Below are positions 30,501-39,457 of a DNA stretch of 64,000 bases, piece by piece. Position 1 is the stretch's first letter. Each line of letters begins with the position of its first letter. Origin of the DNA: Candidatus Shapirobacteria bacterium (lineage in GTDB: Bacteria; Patescibacteriota; Microgenomatia; UBA12405); assembly GCA_028704635.1 (NCBI GenBank), contig JAQWFB010000002.1, positions 64,693 to 128,692 of the forward strand, given 5' to 3'. The notes beneath the pieces are model-generated. The model did no database searches. It was not told the DNA's origin and saw only the letters and a program-made list of their open reading frames with translations. The position numbers and the translations under genes are program-made.

Positions 30501-32565
30501 TATCGAAGATATGAATGCCGGTGCACCCGCTGCCTCCTCAAAATCAATTTTAGCTTATTACAAATTTGACGAAGGTTCTGGTACCACTGTCTATAATTCC
30601 GGTATTGGCGGAACAGCATTAAATGGAAATTTTGGAACTGGCGACTCAGCACCAAGCTGGACTAACGAAGGGAAAAGTGGCAAGGCCTTAAACTTCAATG
30701 ATGTTGATTATGTTGTTGTTTCTTCTAGTTCAACTATAAATATGACTGATTCAATTACTGTTTCTGCCTGGATAAAAACTACGAATTCTTCCGCCGATCA
30801 AACAATAATTTCTAGAAATGGACCATTATTTTTAAGATTAAGTGGAGGTAAATTTAGAGTTGGTATTTATACAGGATCATGGTTCTTTGGTAATGGTAAT
30901 ATTTCCATAAACAGCAACCAATGGTATCATGTCGTCTTAGTTTACGATGGTTCTTTTGTTAAAAGTTATGTTAATGGAGTTTTAGACATAAAAAGTGCAA
31001 AAACTGGTCTTTTAACTTCATTTAGTAATTTGTATTTTGGAAGACCAGTTCCAGGTGGTGAACAGTATCCCTTTTACGGTTCTATTGATGAAGTTAAAAT
31101 TTACAACTATGCCCTTACTGATGATGAAGTTAAACAAGACTACAATCAAGGTTCTGCCCTACAAATGGGACAAACTTCTCAAACCATCAGTGGTACCACC
31201 ACTTCTTTGGACTATTGTATTCCCGGCGACACTTCCCCCTGCGCCTCCCCAATCGCCGAATATAAAATGGATGAAGGTGTCGGCACTACTGCAAATGACA
31301 CTAGTGGTAATAATATAAATACAGGGTTTAACGGTACTCCAACATGGACTCAAGGAAAAATAGGAAAATCATTAAATTTTAATGGCAGTACTGATTATTT
31401 AAGAAATACTAGAAAAGTTATTTCTGGTGGCTTAACCTTTGGGGTTTGGATCAAAACCACCAGTACTGATTCTGCTACTGTTTACGACGGAAATGCAGCC
31501 CAAAATATAATTGGTGATTCTACTGGTGGTGTCGCCCTCGGATTCGGAGTCCACGGAGGAAAAGTAAGATATCAACATTATGCCGGTGCCTGGTATAACG
31601 TTTTAGGAGCGACCTCTGTAAATAATGGTTTATGGCACTATATTAGTGTCACTCATAATTCGTCCACTGGAGCCATTATTATTTATGTTGACGGCAAACA
31701 AGATGGCAGTGGAACTATTTCATATAATGGATCAAGTGCTTATGATGTCATTGCTCGAGGATATTCTGCTGATCATTTTACCGGACAATTAGATCAAATT
31801 CGAATCTACAACTACGTTCGCACCCCTGCCCAAATCGCCTACGATTATAACAAAGGCGGACCAGTTGGCTGGTGGAAATTTGACGAATGCCAAGGAAATA
31901 TTGCCTACGATTGGAGCGGAGTCGGCAACAATGGCACCATTATTATTGGTGCCTCGGGCACTCAAAATTCTCTCGGCACTTGTCAAATCGGCACCTCCGC
32001 CGCCTGGACCAATGGTACAGTTGGAAAATTAAATTCAAGTTTAAATTTTGATGGAACGGATGATTATGTAACTCTAAATAACCAAAGCAACTTACAAATG
32101 GGAACAGGAGCAATTACAGTTTCTCATTGGATTAAATTAAATAGTCTCACAGATTACAGGGTCACATTTTTTGGTGGAGGTTTTGGTGGAGCCACTGGTT
32201 ATGGCATAGGTTTTGCCGATGCTTCAACAACTTTACGATATGAAACTATGGGAAGCACTGGTGGCAGACAAGTCTACACAGTTAATGGAGGAATAACTCT
32301 TAACAATTGGTATCACGTAGTTGCAATTTTTGATGGAATTAATAATCAAATGAAAATATATGTTAATGGAAAAGAAAAGCATAGTGTAAGTATTTCTGAT
32401 CCCGGAACAGTTACCAATAATAATAATTTTTCAATCGGTAGTTACAATGCCGGTCAAGCTTATTTATTTCCTGGCCAAATCGATGACGTTCGAGTTTACA
32501 ATTATGCCCTTACTGCCGAACAAATAAAAATTTTATATAACGGCGGAGCCGTATCGTTTAATTAA
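27598..32565 (+). CDS. DUF2341 + six LamG/ConA-like domain surface protein (likely start at 27619)
   Basis: TM; WWNDGWNYRKAI..DCDDIRITD (DUF2341); six (Y/W)K(F/M)DEG..IDE/DVKIYNYA modules. Confidence 0.85.
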   Translation: MLSFLYIMPRKSLHSSINNLSYKSLLIILFFLLISIVVLWKFVLPNHKVEASWWNDGWNYRKAISISNTSGSNLTDFQISLSIGTSALIASGKMQSDCDDIRITDINGNLLPYWIDPDLSCNTTSDTIIYVKFSSIISGDNTAYLYYGNSSATIFQNGNDVFPQLFDTFDSTTINSRKFSYGGGTITQNNFVSMVNDADAWDTYFYDNSTYTRNSSMVFQSKFKADSGARVMVGLHDSGTGAHYNNLVYAFYFNNGSFSIYEDGTSRGSVGSYTVGNWYNIKIELKDIGAKYYYKAVNSTTWILLYDSSYSSESNLKLGVSHYDVTEYSYTDDWIIRKYASIEPTSTLQSEEAGGGPIAYWKFDEGSDTTAYDSTTNQNNGTISGATWQTEDQCISGKCLYFNGDTTQRVISDDNVLIDGDQTFSVWFYPTQFSGLDGIFTTHNHSTTSNIGINLDDNKITVSIGYTDDTREYNTKRSNFTVPLNKWTHAILVFKQNENTISLFVNGKFDSSWTLSKTVKFTSDKILAGQWSTTYTSSYRFYGLIDEPKIYRYARTAAQIKLDYNSRGSSKGTSANLGGATSDNNLSEGLVGYWKMDEGVGTTTLDSSGNGKTGTFTSASWSSGKFGIGGSFPGSVYIDLGTNIVNTTAYTKSVWIKTNTQNANNIFSGGSGGHVLYVQSGVINLSNTWSSPNITVAANFYDNNWHFITATYDGTKGIIYMDGVKLAEGNLSNIPASQPAYIGAYAAGNQFIGLIDEVRLYNRALSPAEVSQLYEYAPGPITYYDFNEASGTVANDKSGNNHTGTLQGSPSWIQGKYGGALDFNASGRKVLITNPTSQSNYTTISLWYKVTSTASGSWRTLLGHQSSNIHHLIINSSSRNIGIFDGSWRDFGYLPPTDNQFHHYEVVYNNGVNATLYVDGVYKNQITTTLDLSVNPIGSIGDWGGNSYWAGSLDDVKIYNYARTPKQIIEDMNAGAPAASSKSILAYYKFDEGSGTTVYNSGIGGTALNGNFGTGDSAPSWTNEGKSGKALNFNDVDYVVVSSSSTINMTDSITVSAWIKTTNSSADQTIISRNGPLFLRLSGGKFRVGIYTGSWFFGNGNISINSNQWYHVVLVYDGSFVKSYVNGVLDIKSAKTGLLTSFSNLYFGRPVPGGEQYPFYGSIDEVKIYNYALTDDEVKQDYNQGSALQMGQTSQTISGTTTSLDYCIPGDTSPCASPIAEYKMDEGVGTTANDTSGNNINTGFNGTPTWTQGKIGKSLNFNGSTDYLRNTRKVISGGLTFGVWIKTTSTDSATVYDGNAAQNIIGDSTGGVALGFGVHGGKVRYQHYAGAWYNVLGATSVNNGLWHYISVTHNSSTGAIIIYVDGKQDGSGTISYNGSSAYDVIARGYSADHFTGQLDQIRIYNYVRTPAQIAYDYNKGGPVGWWKFDECQGNIAYDWSGVGNNGTIIIGASGTQNSLGTCQIGTSAAWTNGTVGKLNSSLNFDGTDDYVTLNNQSNLQMGTGAITVSHWIKLNSLTDYRVTFFGGGFGGATGYGIGFADASTTLRYETMGSTGGRQVYTVNGGITLNNWYHVVAIFDGINNQMKIYVNGKEKHSVSISDPGTVTNNNNFSIGSYNAGQAYLFPGQIDDVRVYNYALTAEQIKILYNGGAVSFN

Positions 32566-33107
32566 AAATTATTCCTGTCTCTATTCCACATTTCTGGATT
32601 CAATTTAATATATTCTTTGATTCTTAAATATTCCTTTTCGTTTCTAATAATATGTTCATAATAATTGCGTTGAAATAATCGTCTATCAAATTTTGGCCAA
32701 TTATTTATTTTTATATTTTTAATATATTTATTTGTCGTTACGGTTTTAAACCATTGAATTATATTTCCAACCGTTGTCGTTGTAGGGGTGGACCGATGTG
32801 TCCGCCCTGGTGTTAATAAATCATGTGTCCGCCCATTTCCAATAATTATTATTCCATGAATATGATTCGGCATCACCACAAATTCATCCAATAAAACATT
32901 TTCAAAATGTTTTGGAATTTCATTCCACCAATAATCAATTAATTTCCCTGTTTCATTTATATTAGGGCAGACACACCGGTCTGCCCCTACATCACAAAAA
33001 TAATTAATTCGATTTTGGGTACAAATTGTTACAAAATAATATCCATTATTTGAATAATCAAATCCATTCAATCGAATCGTTCGTCTGTGACAATTAATTG
33101 TAATCAT
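32562..33107 (-). mobile_element. REP-associated Y1 tyrosine transposase (RAYT/TnpA-REP, IS200/IS605 superfamily); start likely at 33107
   Basis: RRTIRL..FDY..GYYFVTICT, VVMPNHIHGII (HUH), FQRNYYEHIIR..YIKLNP; contains and is flanked by GTAG REPs (32782, 32963, 33130). Confidence 0.88.
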
Positions 33108-33188
33108 TATTACATAATTGTTTTGTTTTGGGCGATTCATGAATCCCCTCCCCATGTTATCATTTTTATATATAAAACCTCGTATTTT

Positions 33189-33258
33189 AAACCCACCCAG
33201 TCTTCGACCACCCTCCCTTTTCAAGGGAGGAAGGGGCCCTTTAGGGAAGATGGGTTTT
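33189..33258. repeat. Fused family-2 palindromic repeat
   Basis: aaacccacccag..ccctcccttttcaagggagg..gatgggtttt. Confidence 0.6.
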
Positions 33259-33267
33259 AAACATTAA

Positions 33268-36200
33268 ATGAAATCAAAAAAACTAGATATTAATAATTGG
33301 TCAGTAAAGAGTTTATTAATTATTTTATTTTTCTTATTAATTATTATTGTTGTCTTATGGAAATTTGTTTTATCTAATCATAAAGTTTCTGCTGCTTGGT
33401 GGAATGATGGTTGGAATTATAGGAAAGCAATTCCCGTCACTAACACCTTAGGCTCTACTGTTAACAATCAAATTGTAAAAATTATAATTGACACCAGTGC
33501 TTTAGTTACTGCTGGAAAATTACAATCCGATTGCGATGATATTAGAATTACAGATATTAATGGCAATCTTCTTGACCATTGGGACACTGGCTGCAATACC
33601 ACCACCACTAATATTTATTTTAAATTAAGTTCCATTCCTACTTCTGGCACTACCACTTATTTTTACTACGGCAATTCTTCGGCCAATAACTCCGAAAAAA
33701 TTCTCGGCAACGCTGAAACCCCAGGTACTTCTTGCCAAATGATGAAAGACCAAGGTAGTGTCACTACTAATGGCACTTATTATATTGTCCCTGGTGGAAA
33801 TAGTGTTGATAAACAATTTGTTTATTGCGATCAAACCACTGACGGTGGTGGTTGGGCTTTAGTAATGAATCAAAAATCTGATACTGGCGGTTTTTTTGTC
33901 AATTCTACTGAAGCCCAAAGTTATAATGAATCAAATCCCACTGCCGACAGGTATTCTATCCTCGGAAAATTATCAAAATTCAAAGACAATGGTATTTTTA
34001 CTTTTAAACTAAATTGGCCCACCCTCGATTCATCAAGAAATATCTGGTCTCAAACATCAAATCCGATTAGTGAAACTATTGCCGGATATACCGCCATAAC
34101 TATTGACCACACAGATAATGTATGGGGTGGTATTGCTCCTAGCGGTGCATCAACTTTTATTGACGGTTCCCCTTCTGATAGTACTTGGTACTATGCCATT
34201 GCCTCTTACACTATCTGGTCCGGCGGTATTCCAGCATATAATCCAATGTCTATCCAAACTCAACTCTGGGTTAAAGGCAATAATACTATGAACAATGTCT
34301 CTGTCGGCACTCCTTCAGCCGAAGAAGCCGGCGGCGGCCCCATCGCTTATTGGAAATTCGACGAAGGCACCGGCACCACCGCCTACGATTCAACCACAAA
34401 TCAAAACAATGGTGTTTTTGGTCCTGGCTCCTCCGCTCCAACTTGGCAAACTGAAGACATGTGTATTTCTGGAAAATGTTTACGATTCAATGGCACTAAT
34501 CAATATCTTGATACCACAAAAACATTTAATTTTACTGATTTGACTATTAGTGCCTGGGTAAAAATACCATCAAATTTTCCTTCCGGTAATAGAGTCGGTA
34601 ATATTATTGGGAACTACGCAGCTTCAAATAATATAAATTTTGAAATAAATACTTCAGGAAGATTAAGAGTTTATTGGAATAATGGAGAAATTGACCTTAG
34701 TGGCACAAAAAATTTAATTGATGGCAAGTGGCACAATGTCATGTTCGTCAGAAATAAAACGACTAACACTATTACTCTCTACATTGATAATAAATATGAA
34801 GCACAAAGTACTGCGGGATCAGACATTAATCAAACTTCTAAAATATTTAGAATAGGTGGAGATTTCAGAAATGGCGACCCACCCAACGCCCCCGGTATAC
34901 CATTTACTGGTTCTATCGATGACATTAAAATCTACCCCTACGCCAGATCAGCCGCTCAAATCAAACTCGACTACAATTCTCGTGGTTCTTCCAAAGGCAC
35001 CTCCGCTAATCTAGGTGGCGCAGCCAGTGACAATAATTTATCGGATGGTTTAGTTGGTTATTGGAAAATGGACGAAGGAATCGGTACAACTACCGCCGAT
35101 TCTTCGGGTAATTCTAACACTGGTACTTTTGGCACTGGCACCTCCGCTCCTACCTGGTCAAATGGAAAATATGGTATTGGTTTAAGTTTTGATGGCAGTA
35201 ATACTAATTATGTTCAAAAAAATACCCCTTCAAATTTCCCTACCACTGCTATTTCCTCCTCTTTTTGGATTAAAACTGCCGATAGTAGTAATGGGGTAAT
35301 TTCTTATGCTTCTTCTGTTTCTGATAATGATTTTCTTTTATTTGATACTAGTAATTTAAATTTCCAAATTCGTGGAAGTAGCGTTTCTTCAGGAGTTTCC
35401 GTCAATGATAATCTCTGGCATCATATTGTGACTACTTGGCAATCCAGCAATGGTGAAGTCAAGATATATAAAGACGGCAATCTTTCTTATACCGGAACTG
35501 TCTCTTCTGGACAAAGTATAACTTCTGGTGGCTGTCTTATTTTTGGTCAAGAACAAGATGCAATCTGTGGTAGTTTTGAAACTGTTCAAGCATTCAATGG
35601 TAATTTAGATGAAATAAGAATTTACAACCGTGCCCTTTCCCCTTCAGAAGTTTTCCAGCTTTACGAATACGCCCCCGGACCAATTGGTTATTGGGATTTA
35701 AATGAAGCCTCCGGAACCACTATTAATGATAAAAGTGGAAATAATTTAACTGGTACTTTCGGCATTGGCAGTTCTGCTCCTAGTTGGTCATCTGGAAAAT
35801 ATGGTGGCGGAGTTGATTTTTCTCCCACTACTAAATTTATTAATATTCCAGCTGGAGCTCCATTTCAAACCAATACTTCTGGTCGCTCATTTAGTTATTC
35901 ACTTTGGTTTAAATCAAAAGATGTTTCTGCCGCTAGTCAATATTTAATTACCAACAATGAACCTTGCAATAATCCAGGCAGTTTTTCTATTAAATTATCT
36001 TCTGGCACTATCTCTTTCGATTATTATAGTCTCAGTCTCCCTGGTGCTGTCAGCCATTCATTCACCCCCTCAATCACTTTACAAAACAATACTTGGTACC
36101 ATTTGGAATGGACAAAAACTTTTGGTCAACTAGGTGTCAAAGCTTATTTAAATGGCATACCTCAAACAATATCTGGGGACAGTACTGCTACCGGTAACAC

Positions 36201-38406
36201 TACTTCCAGAATTTTACTTGGAGCTTACAATGGCACTGGATCTACTTGTACTGGTGGAGTTACTGATTCCCCTCCCGTTGCTAATATGAGTTTAAAAGGT
36301 TCTCTCGACGATGTAAAAATTTATAATTATATCCGCACCCAAAAACAAATTATCGAAGACATGACCAGTGGCGCCCCTGCAGTCTCTTCAAAATCAATGA
36401 TTGCTTATTACAAATTTGACGAAGGCAGTGGCACCACTGCTAATAACTCTGGTAATGGCGGGTCTGCTTTAAATGGCACTTTCGGCACAGGCTCCTCCGC
36501 CCCCACCTGGACTAATGATGGAAAATTCAACAAAGCTTTAAGCTTTAATGGAGTTAATAATTATATTCAAGGATCAAGTTCTTCTCTTTTAAAACCCACC
36601 AATATTACAATTTCCGCTTGGGCTAAAACTTCTGATTCTAAATCTACTCAGTTTATTGGTGGTTACGGAAACACTGGTGTTTTGGGTTATTGGTTGGGAG
36701 CTGGTTCGTCACAATTTGTTTTTTCAGTTGGTAACGGCTCTTCAAATAAACAGCTATCAAGCAATTTCACTTCCAATGATAATAATTGGCACCATATTAT
36801 TGGCACTTATGATGGTTCAACTCAAAAAATTTTTATTGATGGTAATTTAAAAAATACTTCTAATACAGTTACTGGAGATCTTTCATATGGTACATTGACT
36901 AATGGATTTTTAATCGGCAATGCTGAAGGACTTAACTCTGCTCGATTTTGGTCTGGTTCTATTGATGAACTAAAAATTTACAATTACGCTCTCTCTGAAA
37001 ACGAAGTCAAACAAGACTACAATCAAGGTTCTGCCCTACAAATGGGACAAACTTCTCAAACCATCAGCGGCACCACCACTAGTTTAGAATATTGCATTCC
37101 CGGCGACACATCTCCTTGCGCCTCCCCCGTGGCCGAATGGAATTTTGAAGAAAACACTGGCACTACCACCAAAGATTCCAGCGGCAATAACAACACTGGC
37201 ACTTTAATTAATTCCCCAACTTGGACAGTCGGCCAAAACAATAAAGGAGCAAGTCTAAAATTTGATGGAGTTGATGATCGTGTTTTATTAAATTCAACAA
37301 TTAATATCGGCAATATCGACTGGACGGTTTCAGCTTGGATTAAAACCACTGCTACAGGAGTAAATTCTATCTTATCAAATTCTAGTGGAGGACCTGTTTT
37401 TAATGATCTGCGTACCGATACTTCAAAAATTGTTTATTATCACTACAACAATGCTTGGTTAAGCGAATATGGCACTTCAAATATTGCTGATGGCAAATGG
37501 CATTATTTAACTTGGGCCAACCACAACAATCAAACAATTGATCTTTATGTTGATGGCATTCGAGAAGTAACCGGTGCCCCATCCACTCTAAGCGATGGTA
37601 ACGTTGGCCCTGTCAACCAAATAGGTCGCAATTGGTCCGTATCTGCCAATGCCTCAATTGATAATGTCCGAGTCTACAACTACGCCCGCACCCCGGCCCA
37701 AATCGCCTACGACTATAACAAAGGGGGTCCAATTGGTTGGTGGAAGTTTGACGAATGCCAAGGATCCGTAGCTAACGACTCGTCCGGAATGGGTAATACT
37801 GGATCAATTAATGTCAGTGCCAGCGGCACCCAAACCTCTGTCGGCACCTGTACCACTTCTGGCACTGCCTGGGGTAATGGTGCTAACGGTCACATCAACT
37901 CTTCGCTAAATTTCGATGGCACAGATGATTATATAGAGATCACAACCACAAATAAACTTGACGGATTTACTCAAATGAGCGTCTTCTTTTGGGCAAAACC
38001 TCTTGAAAATACAACAAATGAAATGATTACTAAATGGGCTGGTGGAACATATAATAATTGGGAACTTTTTCAAAGCAATTCAAATATCACTGGCAGAATA
38101 AACGCAGGAGGTGATTGTAGTTCAACTGGCAATTTTTTTACCATCGGCAATTGGCATCAAATCGGGATGGTGTGGGATGGCAGTAATATCTACATGTATA
38201 TCGATGGTATTAAAAGAAGTGGTTCTTGTCCAAGAAGTACTACAATGGTAAGTAGTACATCTCCATTAGACATTGGCCGAATTAGTGGAAGTGACAATAC
38301 TTACCAATTTCCCGGTCAATTTGACGACGTCCGCATCTACAACTATGCCCTCACCCCAGAACAAGTAAAAACTTTATATAACGGCGGAGCGGTAAATTTT
38401 AATTAA
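33268..38406 (+). CDS. DUF2341 + fibrinogen-C-like + six LamG domain surface protein
   Basis: Paralog of 27598; has an extra SC..GTYYI..VYCDQTTDGGGWALV (fibrinogen/intelectin-like) insert; same six-module scaffold and C-terminal LYNGGAV.FN. Confidence 0.85.
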   Translation: MKSKKLDINNWSVKSLLIILFFLLIIIVVLWKFVLSNHKVSAAWWNDGWNYRKAIPVTNTLGSTVNNQIVKIIIDTSALVTAGKLQSDCDDIRITDINGNLLDHWDTGCNTTTTNIYFKLSSIPTSGTTTYFYYGNSSANNSEKILGNAETPGTSCQMMKDQGSVTTNGTYYIVPGGNSVDKQFVYCDQTTDGGGWALVMNQKSDTGGFFVNSTEAQSYNESNPTADRYSILGKLSKFKDNGIFTFKLNWPTLDSSRNIWSQTSNPISETIAGYTAITIDHTDNVWGGIAPSGASTFIDGSPSDSTWYYAIASYTIWSGGIPAYNPMSIQTQLWVKGNNTMNNVSVGTPSAEEAGGGPIAYWKFDEGTGTTAYDSTTNQNNGVFGPGSSAPTWQTEDMCISGKCLRFNGTNQYLDTTKTFNFTDLTISAWVKIPSNFPSGNRVGNIIGNYAASNNINFEINTSGRLRVYWNNGEIDLSGTKNLIDGKWHNVMFVRNKTTNTITLYIDNKYEAQSTAGSDINQTSKIFRIGGDFRNGDPPNAPGIPFTGSIDDIKIYPYARSAAQIKLDYNSRGSSKGTSANLGGAASDNNLSDGLVGYWKMDEGIGTTTADSSGNSNTGTFGTGTSAPTWSNGKYGIGLSFDGSNTNYVQKNTPSNFPTTAISSSFWIKTADSSNGVISYASSVSDNDFLLFDTSNLNFQIRGSSVSSGVSVNDNLWHHIVTTWQSSNGEVKIYKDGNLSYTGTVSSGQSITSGGCLIFGQEQDAICGSFETVQAFNGNLDEIRIYNRALSPSEVFQLYEYAPGPIGYWDLNEASGTTINDKSGNNLTGTFGIGSSAPSWSSGKYGGGVDFSPTTKFINIPAGAPFQTNTSGRSFSYSLWFKSKDVSAASQYLITNNEPCNNPGSFSIKLSSGTISFDYYSLSLPGAVSHSFTPSITLQNNTWYHLEWTKTFGQLGVKAYLNGIPQTISGDSTATGNTTSRILLGAYNGTGSTCTGGVTDSPPVANMSLKGSLDDVKIYNYIRTQKQIIEDMTSGAPAVSSKSMIAYYKFDEGSGTTANNSGNGGSALNGTFGTGSSAPTWTNDGKFNKALSFNGVNNYIQGSSSSLLKPTNITISAWAKTSDSKSTQFIGGYGNTGVLGYWLGAGSSQFVFSVGNGSSNKQLSSNFTSNDNNWHHIIGTYDGSTQKIFIDGNLKNTSNTVTGDLSYGTLTNGFLIGNAEGLNSARFWSGSIDELKIYNYALSENEVKQDYNQGSALQMGQTSQTISGTTTSLEYCIPGDTSPCASPVAEWNFEENTGTTTKDSSGNNNTGTLINSPTWTVGQNNKGASLKFDGVDDRVLLNSTINIGNIDWTVSAWIKTTATGVNSILSNSSGGPVFNDLRTDTSKIVYYHYNNAWLSEYGTSNIADGKWHYLTWANHNNQTIDLYVDGIREVTGAPSTLSDGNVGPVNQIGRNWSVSANASIDNVRVYNYARTPAQIAYDYNKGGPIGWWKFDECQGSVANDSSGMGNTGSINVSASGTQTSVGTCTTSGTAWGNGANGHINSSLNFDGTDDYIEITTTNKLDGFTQMSVFFWAKPLENTTNEMITKWAGGTYNNWELFQSNSNITGRINAGGDCSSTGNFFTIGNWHQIGMVWDGSNIYMYIDGIKRSGSCPRSTTMVSSTSPLDIGRISGSDNTYQFPGQFDDVRIYNYALTPEQVKTLYNGGAVNFN

Positions 38407-38417
38407 ATTGTTTTGTT

Positions 38418-38494
38418 GTAGGGGCCAGGCATGCCTGGCCCCTACAGAATTCCCATTCTTGTCCTTGTAGAGACGCACGATCGCACGTCTCTAC
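38418..38494. repeat. Two GTAG-type REPs
   Basis: gtaggggccaggcatgcctggcccctac (38418-38445) and gtagagacgcacgatcgcacgtctctac (38467-38494). Confidence 0.85.
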
Positions 38495-38573
38495 AAAATA
38501 AAACCCCCTCCATTTCTGGAAGGGATTTTCCGATGTTTTCCTAATGGATCTACACCAAACTTACCATTCAAGC
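38495..38573 (-). ncRNA. Candidate ~75-nt small RNA with its own promoter and terminator, complementary to the adjacent tRNA-like RNA
   Basis: TTGACT-16-TATAAT upstream; body GCUUGAAUGGUAAGUUUGGUGUAGAUCCAUUAGGAAAACAUCGG; terminator AAAAUCCCUUCCA-GAAA-UGGAGGGGGUUUU followed by AUUUU. Confidence 0.6.
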
Positions 38574-38576
38574 TAA

Positions 38577-38604
38577 ATTATAATCTATAAAATTGACAAG
38601 TCAA
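38577..38604 (-). promoter_or_regulatory. sigma70-type promoter for the sRNA
   Basis: -35 TTGACT (38604-38599), 16-bp spacer, -10 TATAAT (38582-38577). Confidence 0.7.
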
Positions 38605-38642
38605 TAACCAATTTGTAATTAATAAAACAAATTAAAATGTTG

Positions 38643-38712
38643 TGGACCTGAAGGGAATCGAACCCTCAACACCAAAATGGTAAGTTTGACACTCCCACCA
38701 GGAAACAGGCCC
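38643..38712 (-). ncRNA. Atypical 70-nt tRNA-like RNA with Ala-type acceptor stem (G3:U70, A73)
   Basis: Acceptor GGGCCTG/CAGGTCC-A, T arm GAGGG-TTCGATT-CCCTT, reduced D arm, G:U-rich 8-bp stem with an 8-nt loop CTTACCAT. Confidence 0.7.
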
Positions 38713-38722
38713 ACACAAATTA

Positions 38723-38751
38723 ATAATAACTTTTTATGATAAATATTACAA
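38723..38751 (-). promoter_or_regulatory. sigma70-type promoter for the tRNA-like RNA
   Basis: -35 TTGTAA (38751-38746), 17-bp spacer, -10 TATTAT (38728-38723), 10 nt upstream of G1. Confidence 0.55.
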
Positions 38752-38764
38752 TTATTTAACCATA

Positions 38765-39074
38765 TAGAGACGCGCCACCGGCACGTCTCTACTAATTTAA
38801 TATGTCTCTCTCCCCATAATATTCATTTGTTCCATCTATCACAAAACTCTCTCTACGATCTATCCCTTACAATCTAAATCCTAATTTATCCCTTGTCTCA
38901 AATACCAAACCTTTTTTTATCATTGATTAGCAATCATGATTAAATTCTGCCACCAAAAATCACTTTAGTACATCAAAAATAAACAAAAACAAAACTAGAC
39001 CATCAAATTTTTTATTTTAAAAAATATCTTATAAAAAACCTAATCCGTAGAGACGCCAGATCTGGCGTCTCTAC
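38765..39074. repeat. Two further GTAG-type REPs (38765-38792, 39047-39074)
   Basis: tagagacgcgccaccggcacgtctctac and gtagagacgccagatctggcgtctctac. Confidence 0.8.
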
Positions 39075-39457
39075 AAAACTTAAATACATTTCTATAAAAT
39101 TAAAAACGTCTCAGCAAAATTATTTTCACACTCCATAAACACATCCTATAATTATTTTTCGTTATATACATCACATCTCTTTCTCTGAGATCTAATATCT
39201 ACGATCCAAATTCTAGTTTTACCCTTGTCTTAAACACCAAAACACCCTCCACTCTTCCCTAGCACCAACACCTTTAATTTGCTAAGAAAAATCAAATAAA
39301 CACATCAAAAACAAACAATTAAAAGCATTGTGACTCAAAAATTAAATCAAAAATTTTGTCTTATAAATTTAAAATTTCGCAGTGGTGTATTTTTTGCGGC
39401 TTTGAACACGCCAGTATTCACGCAAGCAAAAAATATATAACGAGAAATCAAAAACCT

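Noticed and set aside
38555-38690. ACUUACC / GGUAAGU resemblance to U1 snRNA and the 5' splice site
   Set aside because: A 7-nt match in a bacterial context, most plausibly coincidence.
38643-38712. Canonical tRNA-Val(TAC) or a standard tmRNA
   Set aside because: The 8-nt loop, abnormal D arm and Ala-type acceptor do not fit tRNA-Val; it is far too short for tmRNA and has no tag reading frame.
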